DNA of 64,000 nucleotides. It comes from Tubiluchus corallicola. Lineage: Eukaryota; Animalia; Priapulida. The position numbers and the translations under genes are program-made. This document shows, piece by piece, positions 40,801-49,700 of this stretch; position 1 is the first letter of the stretch; the number at the start of each line of letters is the position of its first letter. Under the pieces are notes generated by a model that was not told the origin of the DNA, searched no databases, and saw only the letters and a list, made by a program, of their open reading frames with translations. The DNA is taken from positions 17,117 through 81,116 of the forward strand of contig JAQGDQ010000911.1 of assembly GCA_030141605.1 (NCBI GenBank). Direction: 5' to 3'.

Positions 40801-43800
40801 GTAAAGATGCAGTAATGATGATTTCACGGAAGCCAATAGAAGCTTCTCATTCTGCAGTATCAACTGCCTCTTATCTGGTGTGATATTGACGTCAACTGTG
40901 TCTGAAGAGCAAACAAAAAAAAAAACGTTCACTAAATTTCTTGTATCAAGTTTAGATGAATTCTATCATACTATTACCACTAACAACCTTAAAGCAAAAC
41001 TGCATCCAATCTTAAACTGCAGGTCAAAACAATCTGCTCTTTAAAATATTTAAAAGGAAACGTACCATTTTTCAAAAATGAATTACGTGAAAGAATTATA
41101 ACCACACAAACACAATTTCGGGTTCGCGTCACTATTTCTTGACTGTTACATGCATTTCGCCATTCGCTAGTTAGACGGGCACTAGCACCTGGATTTCGGA
41201 AACGCATTGCGCAAAAAACAGGTACTGTACCTCTCAGTTCAGATGTGTTAGTTTGTGAGCAATTACACACGTTCGACAGCTCAAGCGTGAGCACAGCGGT
41301 AACTTTGAAATTCGGATTTTATCTTAAAATTTGCCGAGTCTTAATACAACACACTGAATATCTTACAGTAACACTGTACTTCAATTTTCACTTTCACAAA
41401 CACGTGCAATTCGCTCGTTTTTGCTGTTCAAAATTATGTTAGTTTGTGATGTCATCAATAGTTGGGCTGACCTAAATAAGTTTTTAATCTACTATTTCAT
41501 TATCAGAAATGCCTATGCAGTATTAATTGTGTTAAAATGTATACTTTTTATCGGACTTGAATATGGGGTCATATACGAAAAACCATCCTGTTTCATTTAA
41601 GATCTTATACATTTACAGAATAAATAGCACAGAATGGTTCAATGCACCATTTCAGTAGTGTATGTGTAGTGGGATTACAGTAAAACAATTGTTTACTAAT
41701 AACTATACCTTTTGCCGTTGTGATGCATATGATAAGCATTGGATATTGATACCTGTTGTACATATGAAACACGTCGTTTACTACCTTGTTTACCTGTAAA
41801 CATTAACAAGTACACGGTAAGTAAACAGACTTTTATACGTTTACTGTCCAGTAAATCTAGGAAGCTGAAAATGGGGATGTCATTTGATGGGAAGATTCTT
41901 CGTGTTTTGCAGGGACGAGAATGACAAATTGCAAAAAACTCTGAAACAGGCCGGGGGGTTTTGGGGCCACCTAGGCTCCCAATGAGGTTGAGGGGCAAAG
42001 CCCCCTTGGACCCAGCAACAAATTGCAATTTTGTGACCATAGAGAACCTCTAAGTGGACTTAAAATATCAATTACCTTGTTTCATGCATAATTTAAAATA
42101 CCCAACTATCAAGGATACATGATACCTAATTGTCTCAAAAACGCCTAAGTACTGGCCGCTCCTATGCAAAAGTATATAAAAACTGTCTACAATTGACTCA
42201 AATAACTCCGCACAATTGATTCTCTATTTTTATACATAGAGATCTACATGTGGTTACATTGATGTACGTGATGTAAACAAAGTGACGGCCTGCCAACTAG
42301 CGGTCAGCTTGTGAAATAATGTACTGGGTCCGTAAAAATTTTCTCAACGAATTTACGCGATTTACAAAAATCGCACTACTGGCCTTCCAAAAACTCGGAA
42401 TTCTGCGTATCCTCGGAAAATCCTCATCCCTGTTTTGTTCGCATGAAAAATAATTGATTTATACTTTCTGTTTTGTCTCATTTAACTGAATTCTCTAAGG
42501 TGAATTAATTTCACATAAACATTTGACACCTTAGCTAGATCACAAGGACGTCCGTTGACAAAAACAAACTGTCGGTCACTGCTACTTCGTCCCAAGCCAG
42601 GAGTGCATTCTGAGACAAAACCTGAAAAACTGATGGAAAACCAAATGAACACAATCACATGAGAAGTTTACAACTCCCCAAACATAAGAAATTAGTTTGT
42701 GAAAGGGATTAGGATTAGGGTTAGGGTTAGGGTTAGAGATAGGACTGGGATTAGGGTAGGTTAGCTTTAGGGTTAGGGTTGGATTAGGATTAGGACATGG
42801 ATTAAGGTTAGGTTTGGATTAGGGTTAACATTAGGGTTAGGATTGGGATTAGGGCAGGGTTAGCATTAGGGTTAGTGTTGGGGTTAGGGTAGGATTAGGG
42901 TTGGAAAATGGATTAAGGTTAGGGTTAGGAAATGGATTAAGGTTAGCATTGGATTAGGATTACAGGTACAACATGGATTAAGGTTAGGGTTAGATTAGGA
43001 TTAGGGTTAGTGTTAAGAATGGGATTAGGGCAGGGTTAGGGTAGGGTTAGGGTTGGATTAGGATTAGGTTAGAAGTGGGATATGGATTAAGGTTAGGGTT
43101 GGATTATGGTTAGGGCTGGAGTTGGGATATGGATGAAGGTTAGGGTTGGATTAGGGTTAGGACATAGATTAAGGTTAGGGTTGGATTAGGATTAGGGTTA
43201 GGACATGGATTAAGGTTAGGGTTAGGACATGGATTAAGGTTAGGGTTGGATTAGGATTAGGGTTAGGACATGGATTAAGGTTAGGGTTGGATTAGGATTA
43301 GGGTTAGGACATGGATTAAGGTTAGGGTTGGATTAGGATTAGCGCTAGGACATGGATTAAGGTTAGGGTATTTAAACTGTGTGGGGAATTGCAAATTCCT
43401 TCCCTACGCAGCAACCCACAATAATGTAAAACAAAATAGTAAACTAGGCATCGTAGCATAATGAACAAAGATCAATATCTAGATATATTGTTTCTTGGCA
43501 ACATGGATAAATTAAGATCAGAAAATATGTGAAGTCTAAGACTTGTGAATGCATAGCAACATTTGAGCTGAACTTTGCTATCAGAGTAATATTTTAAACA
43601 TGCAATCTTTTCCATCAAACTTACATAACTACAAAGTTTCAGAAACGTGTTGTCTACCCCAGAACACCGACCGAACAAATATAATTAACTGCGCAAGGTA
43701 GAGCTAAAAATTAATTAACGATAATTATTTCTCACCTAAAATTTCCATTTAGCAAGTTGGTATCGATTCCATAATCAGCGAGTATGGCTTCATCGGGTTT

Positions 43801-46678
43801 TACCATAGTAAACTCTAGCAAACTGGCAAGTTGTTTAGAACCAAAAATATCAGCAATGTTATCTTTCAGTGACATATTACCACTTGTTGATACTACAACT
43901 GTTTTCTTTCTGTAAAAAGTAATTACTCATTATAAGGTTTTGCAAATCTCCATTTGCAGCGGATCTATACATCAAACGAAAGGTCTCAATCTAGTGTTGT
44001 GCAGTTGGTGGTTTATTTTTCGAATCGGGCCCACCGGGAGGAACAGCGGGCGAAAAACCTCCAAAAATGGCCATTTTTCGGCCGTTTAAAGCTTTTACAT
44101 CTTCTCTTGACCAAACAGCATGTGGAAAAAATGTTCTAGCGGCGCCTGGTGGGTCTCACGGAAGGAGATATATACCTCTTTAGAAAGAGGAGGAACAGGG
44201 TTACACGATGATGTGGGCTATATTTTAGGACACGTCCAACAAAAGGAGTACTGACGAGTTAATTAGATGTTCTATTTTCGGCAATTTTTGCTTAGAAAAC
44301 TGCTGATGCAAAGCCATTGATGTGACGTCATCCATTATACTCTGCCTATAACCTTATAACTTTAATTCAGTAAAAGCTGCTACTGGCTTTGCATTATAAA
44401 TGAGGACTATGTAGGATATTCGCGTATTTTGGATTATACGTGTCTTTATACGCAAAATTTTTTGTGGGGCCTTTGCTAGTCTATATATTAATTCTACTGG
44501 TATGTTATATATATATACATATATATATAAGATTCGAGGCTACAGCTCGGACGACGGTACCATTTGCAGCGATCTATACATCAAACGAAACGTCTCGATC
44601 TAGTGTCGTGCCATTAGGGGTTTATTTTTCGAATCAGGCCCACCAGGAGGAACAGGGGGTGAAAAACCTCCAAAAATGGCCATTTTTTGGCAGTTTAAAA
44701 CTTTTACATCTTCTTTTGACCAAACAGCATGTGGAAAAAACGTTCTAGCGGTGCCCGGTGGGTCTCACGGAAGGAGATATATAGTTCTTCAGAAAGAACA
44801 GGGTTACACGATGATGTGGGCTATATTTTAGGACAGGTCCACCGAGAGGAGTATCGACGAGTTAATTAGATGTTCTATTTTTGGCAATTTTCGCTTAGAA
44901 AACTGCTGATGCAAAGCCATTGATGTGACGTCATCCATTATACTCTGCCTATAACTTTAATTCAGTAAAAGCTGCTGCTGGCCTTGCGTTAGGAAAATAA
45001 ACAAACACTATGTAGGATGTTCGCGCATTGTTGCTAATAAGTGGACTTATAAGCAAAATTTTTTGTGGGGCCTTTGCTAGTTTTAAATAATGTGTCAGTA
45101 GATGGCGGTGAGCTGGGGTTCCACAGTACAAACTCATCAATGGCGACACAAGACATTTCATAGACAAATTGTTAGTGGTGCATCGTAATTAATTCATTTA
45201 ACATTGTCGACTTTTAATATAAGCTTGAATAGTTTGGTTACAATAGTAACAGATACACAAGATGTGTACGATTCATAACTACGATTAAAGAGCGTTACAG
45301 TTTCTGGAAAATAACAAGCAATGCTGCCCTCTATTAAGCCTCGTTGCACCTAGTTGGTAAATGGATTAGTGACCATTGAAGAAACTGCTTCTGGGTCATT
45401 ATCTTTGCCATGCTGCCCTTGGCTTTTTGTTTCGATGAGAGAGATGCACACAAATCAGTGTCTCATCTTACACTTGAAGAGGAAGATTCCTGTCCCACCA
45501 CACCAATTTAACAATAGCAGTAGACCAATGTTGAATTCTGGCTTGCAGTTCCTGTCTTACCACACGAATTTAACAATAGCAGTAGGCCAATGTTGAATTC
45601 TGGCTAGCAGTTCCCGTCCCACCACACCAGTTCAACAACAGCAGTAGGCCAATGTTGAATTCTGGCTTGCAGTTCCTGTCCCACCACACCAGTTCAACAA
45701 CAGCAGTAGGCCAATGTTGAATTCTGGCTTGCAGTTCCTGTCCCACCACACCAGTTCAACAACAGCAGTAGGCCAATGTTGAATTCTGGCTTGCAGTTCC
45801 CATCCCACCACACCAGTTCAACAATAGCAGTAGGCCAATGTTGAATTCTGGCTTGCAGTACCTGTCCCACCACACCAGTTCAACAACAGCAGTAGGCCAA
45901 TGTTGAATTCTGGCTTGCAGTACCTGTCCCACCACACCAGTTCAACAACAGCAGTAGGCCAATGTTGAATTCCGGCTTGCAGCACACGCTAAATTGTAAA
46001 AACACGTAATACAAACTATTAAAAAAATCAGCATACCCATTTTTGCACTGATTAGTACAAGAGATTCGGATTCCAGTGGAGATGATACAATAAGCGTTAA
46101 TAACATTCACCATCCTGGAAAATTCCTTTTTGGAGTTCTTAAGAAATTCCTTATGACGAACTGGCAGTTTGCCAAATAATTGTTGGACTGTCACTGTCAT
46201 GCCTCTCTGCAACACATGCGAATAAACTGATACAACTAGCAGTACTTCGTAATTTTGTTAAGATCGTTATCGGGGTTCCCACAGAATTTCAAAGTAAATT
46301 TCCCCGATTTATCCCTGACCAAATATTGATTTTCCATGACCAAAATAACCAGAAATTGCATTACCAGCATGCGTATTCAAACATTTTTGTATATGGACAT
46401 TCATACCGCTATATAATGTGTCTGCACATTTGCACAGCACAAACAATTGTTCTTTTTTGCAATGGGCCTTCTCCTCTTTCCAGCTATACATTCCATCCGC
46501 TTTATTCTTCAAACTCTTCGAAACTTTTCAACAAAAATGGATACTTAGTTCAGGGCCGGCCTTATTTAATTGGAGGCCCTAGGCGAAGTGAATTTGGTGG
46601 CCCCAAATGAAGCAGAAAAGTAAATACGAAAAAAATAAAATAACGCAATTTACGAGAGAGAGAGAGAGAGAGAGGGGG

Positions 46679-46717
<39 letters not shown>

Positions 46718-49700
46718 GGGGGAGGGAGAGGGAGAGAGAGCGAGAGAGAGAGAGAGAGAGGGAGAGAGAGAGAGGAAGCAGTATGTTCGCATAAAGCAAA
46801 AAAAATGTTACCTCGGCGTGAGGCCCCCCTGGAGGGTGAGGCCCTAGGCGGTTGCCTAGTTTGCGTATGCTTAAGGCCGGCCCTGCTTAGGTCCACGTGT
46901 GTAAGAACCCAAATAGTGGCCCATGCATTGGCAAAAATGGCTTCAATTAACAAAATTGGTTGGTTGTCAGTTAAACTTGTTGAATTTGCAGCAAACTATG
47001 TTATGCTTCACTAAAACACGTTAAATCATAATCCACTTGTGCAATTACCAGTAGTGCTAACGAAATTACACTAATCACATTAAATAAACTTCATTAATTC
47101 CAATCGAAAAGTTGAGGGTTTGCTTGTGCTTTAAGATTATTTACCTGCCTGGGACAAAGTTCTTGTCCAATGATACATCCATTATGATCAAAGCGCAGCT
47201 TCGTTGCAATTGATGCGGACTCATGCCGTGTGGTAATAATCATATCACTAAAAAAATTTTAAGCTTTCACTAACATTAAACCAGCAGATCAATTTTAAAC
47301 TTATTCTAGAATGATTAATCACAAATTAACAAACCGATTCATTTTCATTTGTAAATTAAAAACAATCCTTTACATAAATCGTATCATCTTTTTCTAAGCT
47401 AGTCAAGTCCATGAAGAATGAAGCACTTTTAAAAGGAAAGGCAAAGTAAAGAGAAAGATTACAGTCAGCCCTCGTTAAACCGGACTAATTGGGGGTGGGT
47501 GGTCCGGTTTAGCCGATTGTCCGATTTATCCGATATGCCTATATACGGTCTATATTATACAGGAATAATCACCTTAATAAGGCCTATATACATTGCACTA
47601 TATACAATACTGTGTATTACTTTAAAATAGTTAACCTGTGAGGATAAAGAAATTATTGTACGTGTTGTGTTTAGCGCTCCGGCTCGGACGGAAATCGGTC
47701 AGTTTCCTTTACCACGGATGACGTCCGTCTTATCCGATATCCGGGCTAAAGGGGTCCGGTTTAACGAGGGTCGACTGTATTCAGTTCTTACTAGCATTAA
47801 TTGTATGCACCAATATGAAAAAGTTTCTATACCTTAATGCACAGAGAGAACTTAAAGCTTCTCCACGGAAACCAAATGTCTCAACACCAAATATGTCAGT
47901 GAATTCTTGCAGTTTTGAGGTATAGTGCTTCTTAGCTAAAAAATCATTAATTATTCATGAATGCAACTTAAAAATCTTTATTGTTCCAATGGATTAGTTC
48001 AAAAATTAAAAAATTCAAAACAGAAAATTATCATTTAAACACAACCATGTCACTAAAGTGCATACACTATAATTGTACACGTCTGTAGTCATAATCAACA
48101 AGACCACGAAGCAACTGGTAAGTAAGAATCAAGTCAGCTCGTTGCTGTCTAATGTAGAGAGGCTGAAGAGACAACATAAAAAGACGTCTGTAGTCATAAT
48201 CAACAAGACCACGAAGCAACTGGTAAGTAAGAATCAAGTCAGCTCGTTGATGTCTAATGTAGAGAGGCTGAAGAGACAACATAAAAAGACGTCTGTAGTC
48301 ATAATCAACAAGACCACGAAGCAACTGGTAAGTAAGAATCAAGTCAGCTCGTTGATGTCTAATGTAGAGAGGCTGAAGAGTCAACATAAAAAGACGTCTG
48401 TAGTCATAATCAACAAGACCACGAAGCAACTGGTAAGTAAGAATCAAGTCAGCTCGTTGATGTCTAATGTAGAGAGGCTGAAGAGACAACATAAAAAAAC
48501 GTCTGTAGTCATAATCAACAAGACCACGAAGCAACTGGTAAGTAAGAATTAAGTCAGCTCATTGATGTCTAATGTAGAGAGGCTGAAGAGTCAACATAAA
48601 AAGACGTCTGTAGTCATAATCAACAAGACCACGAAGCAACTGGTAAGTAAGAATCAAGTCAGCTCGTTGATGTCTAATGTAGAGAGGCTGAAGAGACAAC
48701 ATAAAAAAACGTCTGTAGTCATAATCAACAAGGCCACGAAGCAACTGGTAAGTAAGAATCAAGTCAGCTCGTTGACGTCTAATGTAGAGAGGCTGAAGAG
48801 ACAACATAAAAAAACGTCTGTAGTCATAATCAACAAGGCCACGAAGCAACTGGTAAGTAAGAATCAAGTCAGCTCGTTGATGTCTAATGTAAAGAGGCTG
48901 AAGAGACAACATAAAAAAACGTCTGTAGTCATAATCAACAAGGCCACGAAGCAACTGGTAAGTAAGAATCAAGTCAGCTCGTTGACGTCTAATGTAGAGA
49001 GGCTGAAGAGACAACATAAAAAAACGTCTGTAGTCATAATCAACAAGACCACGAAGCAACTGGTAAGTAAGAATCAAGTCAGCTCATTGATGTCTAATGT
49101 AGAGAGGCTGAAGAGACAACATAAAAAAACGTCTGTAGTCATAATCAACAAGACCACGAAGCAACTTGTAAGTAAGAATCAAGTCAGCTGGTTGACATCT
49201 AATGTAGAGAGGCTGAAGAGACAACATAAAAAGACGTCTGTAGTCATAATCAACAATGCCACGAAGCAACTGGTAAGTAAGAATCAAGTCAGCTGGTTGA
49301 TGTCTAATGTAGAGAGGCTGAAGAGACAACATAAAAAAACGTCTGTAGTCATAATCAACAAGACCACGAAGCAACGGGTAAGTAAGAATCAAGTCAGCTG
49401 GTTGACGTCTAATAATAAGCTTATTGCTCCAATGGATTAGTTGAAAAATTAACAAATTCAAAACTGAAAATTATCATTTAAACATGACCAAGTCACTAAA
49501 CTGCATACACTATAAGCTTATTATTAGTTATACATAATAGTGCATGTGAAAGTCCTGTTTGAGGTTGCAGTTGAACACTTTGTAGAAAAACAATAAAACA
49601 CTATACTACATATCTGCACAAAACTGAAAAGGGTTTATTAGACTACATACACATATGTAGAATGACTGCTACACTGAACACTGAGAACAAGAGTGCCCTG

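Noticed and set aside
48067-49461. Repetitive ORFs as a protein-coding gene
   Set aside because: Tandem copies of a LINE fragment with internal stops, inside a PMS2 intron.
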